DNA of 63,048 nucleotides from Proteromonas lacertae (Eukaryota): contig NGBS01000913.1 in assembly GCA_002245135.1 (NCBI GenBank), forward strand, positions 1 to 63,048. The letters are read 5' to 3'. The notes under the pieces are model-generated. The model saw nothing but the letters and a program-made list of their open reading frames with translations, made no database searches and was not told the DNA's origin. Below, piece by piece: positions 24,501 through 37,908 of the stretch. A program made the position numbers and the translations under genes. Position 1 is the first letter of the stretch. Each line of letters opens with the position of its first letter.

Positions 24501-27500
24501 TTTTCTCTCTCCTCTTTTGGTTTTTCTCCATCTTCTTCCTTCTTTTCTTCTTCTTCCTTAGCTTCTTCACCTTCTTTCTTTTCTCCTTCTTCCTCTTTAG
24601 GTTTTTCTTCCGATTTATTTTCCTCTTTTGATCTTGATGTTCCATTCTCTTCTTTCTCTTCTTCAATATTAGACAACACAGGTTTAGGCAATTGAATCTC
24701 ATTACTCTCATTATTGTCACTGTCAGAATTCTCATCCTCTGGAATTGTCTCTGACACACTGTACTTCATCATAATTCTCTCTTCAATTGTTGTACCAATA
24801 TCTAAATCAACATCGTTACCTAATTTATCTATTAAATCTTTAGCACTTTCTGATAACATTGATGAATTATTTAATGTAGGATGATATGTCTTTTTTCTCT
24901 TTACTTCTATTGAAATAACCTTTTCTTGCTCTTCTAACATTGATGTGATTAACTCGATTTTATCTATTAATATTGTATATTTATCTTTCACTATTTTTTC
25001 TTTTAACATTGACATTATTCGTAATATAATACAATGTAATAGTTTATGAGGAACTGTACAATCAATTAATTCGATTAAATACTTTATATTACATCCTATT
25101 AATTGTTTGGTTAAGAATATTCTTCGAATATATTCTGATAAGAGATTTCTATGTTCAATACATGTTGTTTGGAGAGAATCATAAAATGAATTTATAACTA
25201 TTTAAAAAAACATATAATAATATATATTTATACTGCCATGTTTCATTATTGATTGAGGAATATTATATTGAACTGTTAATAGTTTATTCTGTTGTTTAAA
25301 CTCTTCAGCACCAATATAATCAGGACATACTGTATCATAATACTTCACAATTAGAGAGAATAACTTACCAAATCTTATATAGATATTAGGTAATAATTTC
25401 TTTGGGATTACATCTGGTTTTAATTTATCTAATATTTCGAAATATGGTTCAATTTCTTTCTCACCTAATACATCACCACATTTAGTTTCTTGCTCAAATA
25501 AATCAGATAATAGTTTGGGTAATTCATAACAGAATATTGGAACATTAAATGCATCACATTGTACAATAAATGGTTTTAATTTCAATGATGGTAAATACTA
25601 TTCATAAATACATAATTATATAATATAATAAATACATCTTCGTGATCAATATAAACATTCATTGCATCTATTAATATAGATAAAAGTGCATGATGTAAAG
25701 CATAAATAGCATCCTGAGAAACTTTACCATTTTGAATTGAATACTATTTAAAATAATAATATACTAATTATATACATAATCACTTGTTTCTTCTTCAAAT
25801 TTTATACCACACTCTTCACAATAATCACATCGATCATTATCAAAATGATTATAACATAATGGACAGAACAATGGATTATCTTCATACACAGAGTTATATA
25901 TATTTGAATCAAATACATCTTGTTCATCAAATTTACTAAGTAATAATCTTTCTACATATGCAGAGTTGATTCTAGCTTGATCTTCTGTAAGATTGGTTGA
26001 ATATGAAGAAATCTTTAGGAATTTTGCTATTTCTACTTTGAAATCTATACACAAATAGATAATTTAGAATAAATATACATGGATTTGCCACATTGATTTG
26101 TTGAGCAATAAACTTGCTTACAATGAAAATGTTTTCTTCTGTTAATGTTAAGATCTTGTTATAATTAACATATAATATGCTGTTGTTTGGAGTTTGAGTA
26201 ATTGAATTTGGAGCTATAAACAGTAATAATGATTATATATAAATACTTTTTGATTCATCAATTGTTGATAATAAATAGTCATTCGGTGGTTGATAAACAT
26301 CACCTTTTGAAGCATATAAAATATACTAAAATATTATATAAAATAACAAATATATAGTAAAATACATAATAAATATCATCAGTTTCGTCATTATCAGTTC
26401 CTTTAATATAAATCTCATTCTCTAAATAGAAATAATAATAATATATAAATCATAATAATAAATCATACTTCCTTTCTTTACAACAACAGTAATATCATCA
26501 TTATCTTTCTCATCAACAATAACACCATACAATTTGATCTTAATCTTTGGTTCTTCATTCTATTAAATAATAATAAAAAACATATATATATTATACTTTA
26601 TAAATATAAGCACAATTCTCTGTAAATATCATTATACCTTTTGTCCATGTATTCAATATACTACTCTTGTTATTGGTCTTATATTGTATTGGCAATCTTC
26701 TAATTGGATTAGCTACAGTAGTTGAATCAGGGAATAATCCATTTTCTGCTCTATCATTAATTACTTTCAATCCAATATATTGTAATGGAATATCATCTAT
26801 TTCTAATAGTTCAAAATAATATTCATTATCCAGTAAAGCGTATAAACAATTTTTATCTTCAATATTATCACCTGTAACGAATATATTTCTTATTAATTCC
26901 AAACCACTTTCATATATTTTCTTCTTAGTTTCTAATCCCAATTTCTTTGAGATTCGTGGTGTTGATGGAGATTGCATTGTTGTTGATCTCATTGTCGATT
27001 TTGAAGAAGAAACAGAAGAAACAGCAAAAGGAACAGCTGATATTGTAGTAGGTGAATTAGTCTTTAATTTAGTTGATAATGTTAAAGTATTATTATCGTC
27101 TTTTTCTGGAGTATTTATTCCTTTTTGTAAAACAATAGAATCTCTATCACTTCTTACACTCTTTAATGCATTTGTTTCTTCATTTTCTACTTCCATTTTA
27201 AATTTATTAATTATAGAAATTAGCTTTTTAAACCAAGTTGGAACTATTTGAAAAATTCTGAATATATTTTCAGTCTTTTTCAATATATTTCCTAAAGTTT
27301 CAATTCCACACAATAACACTTCATTATCATTCTCATTATTTAATACTTTTATAGTCGTTTTAAAAAGTGGGGTATGTTTTTGCACCCAAAGCGGAAAACT
27401 TTCCCCATTTTCAAACAGAAAACTTGTAATTCTTAATACATCTATTACTCCACTTGATTTCTTCTCTTCTTCACAGTTATAACGACTTAATATTGTTGAT

Positions 27501-30296
27501 AATGGTTCAAGTATTTTGGCATTCGTTAAAGCAGCTAAATGTGATCCTTTATTACAGTAATTGTAAAATATCTTACAATAGACTGACAAATACAATAAAT
27601 TATCACTGTCATATTTGCATTTACTAAATGCTTTGAATATAAATGGCAAAACAGTAATTCTATCTGATATAATTTTACTTAGAATAATAGGAACATAATA
27701 ATCAAAGTTAGCAAAATAGGCTATTAAACTACCAATTACTATCTTTATTTCAATAGAATTATCATCTCCAAATAGTTTAATTATATGTAAAATTGTTTCA
27801 CATTCTTTACCTAAAAACACTCTTTTGGCTTCAAATTCGTCAGGTGGAATATTATTGTCTGATACTAACGCATAGATTGTCTTTGCACCATCTATTACTG
27901 ACTGTTCGTTACCTTTTTTAAGGTATAATTCTTCAACAATCTAAAAAGAGTTATTATAATATTATATATATATATATATATATACAGTAAACCAAGCATT
28001 TAACAACAAATGCAATTCACCAATATAAGCTTCAGATGATTCTATTTAATAATAATATCAAATAATAATATATACTTCGAGCAAATCTTTGGCTTAATTC
28101 ACTAATTAATATATTCACTACAGGAGCTAATGGACATGATAATAATATAATAATTTGATCATCTGTTAAAGATTGTTCAATTTTACTTTCAGTAAAACAT
28201 GTCAATAAACAGGATTTTGCTTCTTCACATGTATTTTTATCATTTATACAATACATTATGAAATTGAGAAAATCAGATTTCTTAAAGAGATTTGTAGCTA
28301 CAATAATTCTTATAAGAATTGGACATTCACTGACTATTAATTGTATTGTTTTCAACACATCTAATTCAATATAAATTGCAGTTCGAGCTTTTAAGGTTTG
28401 AACATAATCCAACTATAACACCAATAAATAAATAAATAAATAATATATAATAATATATATATACAGATAATAATTCATGAAATAATGAATCAATCACTGG
28501 CAATAGTTTATTAATATAATCTTGATTAGTACCAACCTTCTTAAATATATTATATATAATCCTCGTAATAAATGGAATCAATGCACCTTCATCTCTATTT
28601 GTTGCTGTTGATAATAACTTCACTAAAACAGGTAATAATCTCTCTTTAATATCTTCAAAATCTAATAAAGTCTCTTTAGTATAAGATGCTAATATAACTA
28701 ATGCATTTTTGTTCATATAACTATTCACATCATCATCATCTTTTGGTATATAAGCTCCATCTTTACCATTGTTCTTTAATAAAGCTTGAGCTTTCCACCA
28801 TCCTTTACACAGTGTAGGAGTAATGAATAATGCTGGTACTACGGATCGTTCTATTTTCTTACTAGGAGGATGAGTTTCATCTTGTGGGAATAGGGAATAA
28901 GAAGCTAATATCTCCAATAACTATGAATATAATATAAGTGGAAAAAAAGAGAAAAGTAATATATATACAATAATAGTAGTAGATGGTGCTACAAACAATG
29001 GTTTTCCTGGCTGTGGATATAATGATAATAATCTCTCAAACTTGTTTGGATCTGTTATAAAATTGAAATATTTCTTCATTGATTCATATCTGATTATTCC
29101 ATCTTTAGTCGAATGGGGATGAAATTCTTTTCTATATTTCCTTTCTCTTGATAAATCTTCATGTCTATATCTTAACTCTCTACACCATAAATCCCAATTC
29201 TTACTATATAAATAAAAATATATAAATCTAAAAATATATACGTTTCATTGTTTGAACTAAACTCGACTGTAGTTTTATCATTGTAACTCATAATTGCTTT
29301 CTTTCCATCAATTTTTAATTCAGTATCTGTCATATATATCACTCTATCTGGTGCATAATCGTCATTAACCATTCTATACTCATGAATTGAAATATCAGCT
29401 ATTGAACAATAGGAGTCAATCGATGTGCCATCTACTGTCACTGTTATTAAATCAATATCTGATGGGAAATACAGTGTTAGAATATTATATCGAGGAATTG
29501 GATGAAATAATTTAGAGATTTGAAGTGCTGCAAAATATTTTACATCTTGAGAAGAACAGAATAGCAAATAAAATAAATGTTCCACTGTAAAGCAATTATC
29601 TTCTACCAAATTCGAGGTAAATGAACTAAAACAAATTCTTCGTAAAATAGCTGTCGATTGACCTTGTGTGTATTGAACTGCCTATATTTATATATAAATA
29701 ATTACAATTATACTGATAAATTCGATAAAATTGATAATCCTTCGGTTTTTAAGAATGCTCGAACCAAAGACTCACTATTATAGAATATAATAAATAAATA
29801 GTAATTATACTCAATCAATATATTATTTAAAGCATTTAATACATTACTACACAACAGATTATTAGATAAAAGTTCATATAATGTTTCCCATACATTATCT
29901 ATTGAAGATATCTCTTTACAATAATCTTTTGCTATTTTTCCTATTATTGTTAATATCTATTTATTATATCTTTTCTTTTAAATCATACTAAATCAGAACA
30001 GTCTATTGGTACTTTCGGTAGTAATGATACATTCAATAACTCAGCAATACTAGAAGTATGTAGAGCTATATAAAATTAAAATAAATACATATACGTTTGC
30101 CTTTGATCAATTCAAGTGAATTAAGGGTTTTCAGCGACTTTAGCATATTTTTTGACTATCAAAATATTCATATTATACATACTCCTGAGTTAAATGAACA
30201 TAAAGAACACCCATTCAAATTACTCTCTAAACTATCTATAATCTCATCTATTCTATAAAAATTGGAAAATATACTAGGATCATAATCATTTGGCAT
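21503..30296 (-). CDS. Large multi-exon ARM/HEAT-like helical protein with a Cys4 finger and E/K-rich and acidic low-complexity regions (may be more than one gene)
   Basis: Chain of minus-strand exons separated by short GT-AG introns from ATG 30296 to stop 21503; CPLC..CDYCEEC motif; no clear intergenic gap. Confidence 0.55.
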
Positions 30297-30435
30297 GATA
30301 ACTGTAACTTTTAAGTTAGTCGAAGCTGAAGTAAATCAATTTTTAAAAAAGTATGTCTCAAGCTCAAATACGTTATTTTTGTCCTCTCATACTAAAAACA
30401 TAAATTCTTAATAACAGTTAAATTACATACTTATA

Positions 30436-31470
30436 TTAATTTACTTTTATTATATTATCATTCTTATCAAATTTTATTTTATCTTCATCATGATCTTTTT
30501 CCATATAAAAGTATTTCACATATTCACATAAACGACAACTACTATATAAATAATCAACTTCAAATCGATTATACCATTCTTTGTAATACGCATTGGGCCA
30601 ATATATATAATCATTCAATTCTTTTTCATTCTCTTTTATTGATACTATATATTTCATCATTTCTTTATAGTTTTCAAAATCACCACTGAAGATTACTGAT
30701 TTCCCGTTAGGAAAATATAGTCTAGCATTTCGAGGACCAAAATAAATAGGAATTGAACCAGCTCGTAAACATTCTAATAGTTTCTCTGTTACATAATAAT
30801 CATCTTCCTTACAACTATGCATTTCACCAAATTTTACATCTTCTATTGAATTTTCTATAGCTATACAAAATTTATAGTGTCTTAACAATTCAAGTTTTGA
30901 ACCATTATAAAAATGGTTGAATGCTTTTCCATATAAATCTACTTTCATATATTCACTTATCATTTTTATCAACTTGTTTCTATTCTTGTATTTTCTACTA
31001 TACAATGCAACAGCTGCATTTTTTCTATTTTCAAAAGGATTGTTTTTCAATGAAGATTTAGCTGCATTGATTAAATCATCTACATCTTTATCTTGATAAT
31101 ATGACATAGCAAAATTATGTTTTGTATAGTATAATCGATAAGTTATTGCAAATTGAAAGTGTTTATCTTTTCCTTCTGATATATTATATGTTCTAGGCCA
31201 TCTGCGTTGAGGTTCTAAATTGGCATCTATATTCACTACGTTTGTATAATAAAATTTATATTTCTTTATGAAATTATTATAAACATTTCCAACAACATCA
31301 TTCCTATTTTCTTTAACTAATTCACATACCACATTATAAGAACAGTTCTGCTTTGTTGTGCTTAATGGTAACCAGTTGTTAAAGTTTGATTTTAGCCATA
31401 GCACAACATTTGTTGAATTACAATAACACAACAATATTATATACAACAACAGAACAACACACTCTTTCAT
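30436..31470 (-). CDS. GT10 alpha-1,3-fucosyltransferase, copy 1
   Basis: YKFCIAIENS..DYYVTEKL..AGSIPIYFG motif; hydrophobic N-terminus; first ATG at 31470. Confidence 0.92.
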   Translation of the reverse strand: MKECVVLLLYIILLCYCNSTNVVLWLKSNFNNWLPLSTTKQNCSYNVVCELVKENRNDVVGNVYNNFIKKYKFYYTNVVNIDANLEPQRRWPRTYNISEGKDKHFQFAITYRLYYTKHNFAMSYYQDKDVDDLINAAKSSLKNNPFENRKNAAVALYSRKYKNRNKLIKMISEYMKVDLYGKAFNHFYNGSKLELLRHYKFCIAIENSIEDVKFGEMHSCKEDDYYVTEKLLECLRAGSIPIYFGPRNARLYFPNGKSVIFSGDFENYKEMMKYIVSIKENEKELNDYIYWPNAYYKEWYNRFEVDYLYSSCRLCEYVKYFYMEKDHDEDKIKFDKNDNIIKVN

Positions 31471-31623
31471 GAGATATTGACAAAAAAATGAAAATAGCTT
31501 CAAACAAGTATCAAGCTCATTACTAATCTTTTTTAATTATTTATTAAATAAAAACAAAAATATATTCCAAATATACACTAATAGAAAATAAATTCTCAAT
31601 AACAGTTAAATTACATACTTATA

Positions 31624-32658
31624 TTAATTTACTTTTATTATATTATCATTCTTATCAAATTTTATTTTATCTTCATCATGATCTTTTTCCATATAAAAGT
31701 ATTTCACATATTCACATAAACGACAACTACTATATAAATAATCAACTTCAAATCGATTATACCATTCTTTGTAATACGCATTGGGCCAATATATATAATC
31801 ATTCAATTCTTTTTCATTCTCTTTTATTGATACTATATATTTCATCATTTCTTTATAGTTTTCAAAATCACCACTGAAGATTACTGATTTCCCGTTAGGA
31901 AAATATAGTCTAGCATTTCGAGGACCAAAATAAATAGGAATTGAACCAGCTCGTAAACATTCTAATAGTTTCTCTGTTACATAATAATCATCTTCCTTAC
32001 AACTATGCATTTCACCAAATTTTACATCTTCTATTGAATTTTCTATAGCTATACAAAATTTATAGTGTCTTAACAATTCAAGTTTTGAACCATTATAAAA
32101 ATGGTTGAATGCTTTTCCATATAAATCTACTTTCATATATTCACTTATCATTTTTATCAACTTGTTTCTATTCTTGTATTTTCTACTATACAATGCAACA
32201 GCTGCATTTTTTCTATTTTCAAAAGGATTGTTTTTCAATGAAGATTTAGCTGCATTGATTAAATCATCTACATCTTTATCTTGATAATATGACATAGCAA
32301 AATTATGTTTTGTATAGTATAATCGATAAGTTATTGCAAATTGAAAGTGTTTATCTTTTCCTTCTGATATATTATATGTTCTAGGCCATCTGCGTTGAGG
32401 TTCTAAATTGGCATCTATATTCACTACGTTTGTATAATAAAATTTATATTTCTTTATGAAATTATTATAAACATTTCCAACAACATCATTCCTATTTTCT
32501 TTAACTAATTCACATACCACATTATAAGAACAGTTCTGCTTTGTTGTGCTTAATGGTAACCAGTTGTTAAAGTTTGATTTTAGCCATAGCACAACATTTG
32601 TTGAATTACAATAACACAACAATATTATATACAACAACAGAACAACACACTCTTTCAT
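31624..32658 (-). CDS. GT10 alpha-1,3-fucosyltransferase, copy 2 (same protein as copy 1)
   Basis: Identical translation; tandem unit about 1188 bp. Confidence 0.92.
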   Translation of the reverse strand: MKECVVLLLYIILLCYCNSTNVVLWLKSNFNNWLPLSTTKQNCSYNVVCELVKENRNDVVGNVYNNFIKKYKFYYTNVVNIDANLEPQRRWPRTYNISEGKDKHFQFAITYRLYYTKHNFAMSYYQDKDVDDLINAAKSSLKNNPFENRKNAAVALYSRKYKNRNKLIKMISEYMKVDLYGKAFNHFYNGSKLELLRHYKFCIAIENSIEDVKFGEMHSCKEDDYYVTEKLLECLRAGSIPIYFGPRNARLYFPNGKSVIFSGDFENYKEMMKYIVSIKENEKELNDYIYWPNAYYKEWYNRFEVDYLYSSCRLCEYVKYFYMEKDHDEDKIKFDKNDNIIKVN

Positions 32659-32810
32659 GAGATATTGACAAAAAAATGAAAATAGCTTCAAACAAGTATC
32701 AAGCTCATTACTAATCTTTTTAATTATTTATTAAATAAAAACAAAAATATATTCCAAATATACACTAATAGAAAATAAATTCTCAATAACAGTTAAATTA
32801 CATACTTATA

Positions 32811-33845
32811 TTAATTTACTTTTATTATATTATCATTCTTATCAAATTTTATTTTATCTTCATCATGATCTTTTTCCATATAAAAGTATTTCACATATTC
32901 ACATAAACGACAACTACTATATAAATAATCAACTTCAAATCGATTATACCATTCTTTGTAATACGCATTGGGCCAATATATATAATCATTCAATTCTTTT
33001 TCATTCTCTTTTATTGATACTATATATTTCATCATTTCTTTATAGTTTTCAAAATCACCACTGAAGATTACTGATTTCCCGTTAGGAAAATATAGTCTAG
33101 CATTTCGAGGACCAAAATAAATAGGAATTGAACCAGCTCGTAAACATTCTAATAGTTTCTCTGTTACATAATAATCATCTTCCTTACAACTATGCATTTC
33201 ACCAAATTTTACATCTTCTATTGAATTTTCTATAGCTATACAAAATTTATAGTGTCTTAACAATTCAAGTTTTGAACCATTATAAAAATGGTTGAATGCT
33301 TTTCCATATAAATCTACTTTCATATATTCACTTATCATTTTTATCAACTTGTTTCTATTCTTGTATTTTACACCAAAAACAGCAACAGCTTCGTTTTTTC
33401 TATTTTCAAAAGGATTGTTTTTCAATGAAGATTTAGCTGCATTGATTAAATCATCTACATCTCGAGTTTTAAGATATGACATAGCAAAATTATGTTTTGT
33501 GTAATATAATCGATAAGTTATTGCAAATTGAAAGTGTTTATCTTTTCCTTCTGATATATTATATGTTCTAGGCCATCTGCGTTGAGGTTCTAAATTGGCA
33601 TCTATATTTATTACATTGGAGTAGTGAGATTTATATCGATCTACACAAGAATTATATATATTACCTATCACATCACTTCTAGTCTCATTAATAATCTCAC
33701 AAACCACACCATATGCACAATTCTGTTTAACTAAATCAAAAGGAAGCCAATCAGTAAAATCTGATTCTAATTTGAGCACAACATGTGTTAAATTACAATA
33801 ACACAACGATAATATATACAACAACAGAACAACACACTCTTTCAT
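32811..33845 (-). CDS. GT10 alpha-1,3-fucosyltransferase, copy 3 (variant N-terminal half)
   Basis: Same C-terminal half; patches of divergence in the N-terminal half. Confidence 0.92.
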   Translation of the reverse strand: MKECVVLLLYILSLCYCNLTHVVLKLESDFTDWLPFDLVKQNCAYGVVCEIINETRSDVIGNIYNSCVDRYKSHYSNVINIDANLEPQRRWPRTYNISEGKDKHFQFAITYRLYYTKHNFAMSYLKTRDVDDLINAAKSSLKNNPFENRKNEAVAVFGVKYKNRNKLIKMISEYMKVDLYGKAFNHFYNGSKLELLRHYKFCIAIENSIEDVKFGEMHSCKEDDYYVTEKLLECLRAGSIPIYFGPRNARLYFPNGKSVIFSGDFENYKEMMKYIVSIKENEKELNDYIYWPNAYYKEWYNRFEVDYLYSSCRLCEYVKYFYMEKDHDEDKIKFDKNDNIIKVN

Positions 33846-34917
33846 GAGATATTGACAAAAAAATGAAAATAGCTTCAAACAAGTATCAAGCTCATTTACT
33901 TTTTAAACGACTATATTTCTGAAATGTTTTTCTTCGATTCCTTCATCAATAACTTAATAAATTAGTTCAGTATCATGTGAAATAGAAGTATGTCAATTGA
34001 TTTATATTCAACAGATGAAAGAAAGTATTGAAACGTGTGAGAAAGAAGTGGATATAGCTAGAGGATCAGAATGTTGTAAAAAAGGTTAAGAATTTAATTT
34101 AGATGTTAAAGAAGATATAATAAAAGAAGCCATCGGAAAGAAACTCAATATAAGGAAAAAAAATTGGAGATCCATAGTACAGCCATTATGCAAAAAGGAT
34201 TAAACTATAAAATTTTAATTCTCTATCTAATGATTATTGATGTGGTATAATAAGCATATACATCTCAGAATAAATTAAGTAAATGATTAAATATAGAAAC
34301 ACTTTATTGATTTTGTGTATGTGTTACTAAGGTTGAAAAAGGTGTAGCAGGTTAAAGGAATGCTTCAGGCAGGATAGAAATTATTCTTTACCTTATAAAC
34401 TATACTATTTCATATATGATAATTCTTAAATTCCACCTCCCATAGCGTCAAAAGATAATATCTAAAGCTAAATATAATATGTAAAGCTATGATAAATGGG
34501 ATAATTGGGATGTTTACTCTGATCTAGTAACAAAGTATCTACAACATCACTATTATCATAGTTGATATAATGAAGAAGAACTGTAAGCTCATCAGTATTT
34601 AACTCATAAGTTGTATTAAAGATTAAAGTATGTTCTTGTTCTTCTTTTATTAGTAATGGTGATATTTATCTAATACTCGAATTATCTCTTATCTTTTTAT
34701 TATTGACTATATTCTTGCATAATTAGCTGCTATTAGTTAAAAATAAGAGATATATAATCATTTCAAAAATAAACAAAAAATAGGCTTGACATGTTCAAGC
34801 CTTTCTATTTTTTCATAGAATTTAAAATTTCGTTTTCTATTGTTTTATCATTGTTTATTCATGTACAAACCAACATAACACAAACAATCATAAACTAAAA
34901 TCTGTTTAAAAATTTAA

Positions 34918-36129
34918 TTAAAATCCAATTGGATTTTTCTTATTCTTCCTATAACCAACTGGAATCCACGACTTTCCAAATACATGACAAGTATAATACG
35001 AAACTATCAAAGCAATCACAATATCTATAGTATAATGCTTTCTTCCAGCAATAATGAAATAAATCAAAACTATCATATAAATAACTGCTATTACTAAAGC
35101 CATTGGTTTAACTATAATATAAATACACTTAAATATAATTAATACATGGTTTTGGTAATGCAGAAATAACACAATATAACCATACAAATGATCCAGCTGT
35201 ATGTCCACTGAATATTAAATCACCACAATTCTTCATTATTCCATAAGTTGGTGAAATATGACCAACTACATCAACCCAACTATAATAATAATAATAATAA
35301 TATATTTATATATTAATACGAAGTAAACTGCGCACCACCAACTATTGCTCCTGGTCTACAATGAGATCCAGGACCTGGAAGAATTGTCCAAAATAAAGAT
35401 GAAGCACGTAACTATTATATTAATAATAATACTTAATATATATATATATACAATGTAAATAATTGATGTTATTCTAATAATTCTTAATAATAAACTAGCT
35501 CTTCGATTATCTGGTAAGAAAAATATGAGAAAAAATAAGGAGATAAATAACATTATTGCCATTATATCTGTTATTAAGAAGAGAGATGATGAACTGGGGA
35601 TTTCTGGTATTAAATGGAATAAAAACGTCATAAAGTGTATCACCAGGGACATGTAAATAAGAACAAATACAAGAAGATAAGCCATTTAATGCACTATTTG
35701 TTATAATCTTAAATATTATACGTTGCAACAAGAATAATATAAAACTGTTGAACTATTAAACCACCATATGGACAAACATCGATTGTTACTTTAGTTATTA
35801 TTATGACTAATACTATAACAGCTGAAACTATTATTAATCTATAAAAATTATCAGAAATACAATATTATATACTGCCATGTCTTACCCTCTTTTACTACAT
35901 CTAGGAAAAACTTACCCCAAGCATACATTATGAGAAAATAAGTGTAAAATAAAGGATTGTAATCAACTTTAAGAATATAAAAAGATATAGTGGTACAAAT
36001 ATAGCAACATATATGACTGTCCATTTTAGATTAATACTAATCTCATCTCTAAAAAGAAGAAAATACCTTATACACATCATATTTCGCTATTAGTGGATTG
36101 TTTCTATTAGCTATGGGTTTGTCATCCAT
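34918..36129 (-). CDS. Sphingomyelin/inositol-phosphorylceramide synthase family protein, multi-exon
   Basis: CGDLIFSGHT and RKHYTIDIV catalytic motifs; several TM segments. Confidence 0.88.
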
Positions 36130-36288
36130 TATTGGTGTTTTTATCATCTTTCTTGTTAGTGTCGTGGTTGTTTCAAAAATTAGTTAAAAAAAAGAGTCAA
36201 GCCAAGTTATTTAATTATTCTTCTTCTTTTATTTTGTATTTTATTACAGATTATCAAAGTATTGTGCATTATATAATAGTATCAATAG

Positions 36289-37727
36289 ATGGGAATAATA
36301 TGAATATACCACAGAAACCTGTATATACTTGCTTTTATTGTTTACAGCCACAAGAGAAAAAACCTACCACAGAAGAAGAGATTCAATCAAGCTAATATTC
36401 GCACAGGAAAGAAAATTAAGAAGAGAGGTCCAGCCGTTGCACAGAGATTACCTAAAGGTATATTTGAGCGAATCATATGAATAGTTGAACCTAGTACAAA
36501 ATGTAAACTGCGATTGTTGAAGCTGGAGCGAACGAAAGATTTTCTGCTTATGGAAAGCGAATTTATAAGAAATCAAGAAATTTTAAAGCCAAAGAAGGAA
36601 TCTGATCAAGTATAACACATAAAAATGTTAATTATGTTATTTTTATAGAAAAATCACGATGAAATTGAAAAAATAAGAGGAACTCCAGTTTCAATTGGCA
36701 AATTAGAAGAAATAATAGATGATAACCATGCAATTGTAAATAATGGTGGTTTAGATTATTATGTACCTATATTATCGTTTGTAGATCCCGAGCTATTAGA
36801 GCCAGGAGCAACAATTCTAATTCATCATAAAGCATTAGCAGTAACAGGAGTATTATCTGATGATACAGATGCTTCAGTGAATATAATGAAAGTAGAAAAA
36901 GCTCCAACAGAGTCTTATGCTGATATTGGTGGATTAGATGAACAAATTCAAGAAATTAAAGTATATAATACTATATATATATATATATATGTAATAGGAA
37001 TCAGTAGAATTACCATTAACTCATCCTGAATTATACGACAATATTGGTATAAAACCACCAAAAGGTGTAATTCTATATGGAGAACCAGGAACAGGTAAGA
37101 CATTATTAGCTAAAGCAGTAGCTAATCAAACTAGTGCAACTTTCCTTCGAATAGTTGGTAGTGAATTAATTCAAAAATATTTAGGAGATGGTCCAAAGTT
37201 AGTTAGAGATTTATTCAGAATGGCAAGTGAAAATGCTCCTACCATTGTATTTATTGATGAAATAGATGCAGTAGGAACAAAGAGATATGATACATCCTCA
37301 GGAGGTGAAAGAGAAATCCAAAGGACAATGTTGGAGTTATTAAATCAATTAGATGGATTTGATGAAAGAGGTGATATTAAGGTAATAATGGCAACTAATC
37401 GAATAGAATCATTAGATCCTGCGTTATTAAGACCTGGAAGAATTGATAGAAAGATAAAATTCCCATTACCTGATATAACATGTAGAAGGAGAATATTCCA
37501 GATTCACACTAGTAAAATGTCCTTAGGGGATGATGTTGATTTAGAAATCCTTTATTAGTTCGAAAGATGAACTATCTGGAGCAGATATCAAGGCAATTTG
37601 TACTGAAGCTGGTTTATTGGCGTTAAGAGAAAGAAGAATGAAGGTATCTCAAGAAGATTTCTTAGAAGCAAAGAAGAAGATCTTAACTCAAAAGAAAGGT
37701 ACAGTTCCAGAAGGATTATATATCTAA
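36289..37727 (+). CDS. RPT2: 26S proteasome regulatory ATPase RPT2, with an apparent 1-nt insertion near 37545
   Basis: MGNN start, [45 protein letters not shown]-terminal [21 protein letters not shown] in a shifted frame. Confidence 0.95.
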
Positions 37728-37908
37728 AGAAGAAATAAAACAATTTTTATTATATATTATTGTTCTTATTTGCGTTTTTGAGGTTAATTGTGAATAATAA
37801 TTGCTATTAACGAAGTATTAAATGAATGTAAATTAATCTGTGTATTTTACCAAAAATTACTCAAACTTGTTCGATTTCTCAACATAATTTTGAAAAATTT
37901 TAAAGTTG

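Noticed and set aside
24303..24759. S/F-rich and K-rich overlapping ORFs
   Set aside because: Alternative-frame and antisense shadows of an E/K-rich exon
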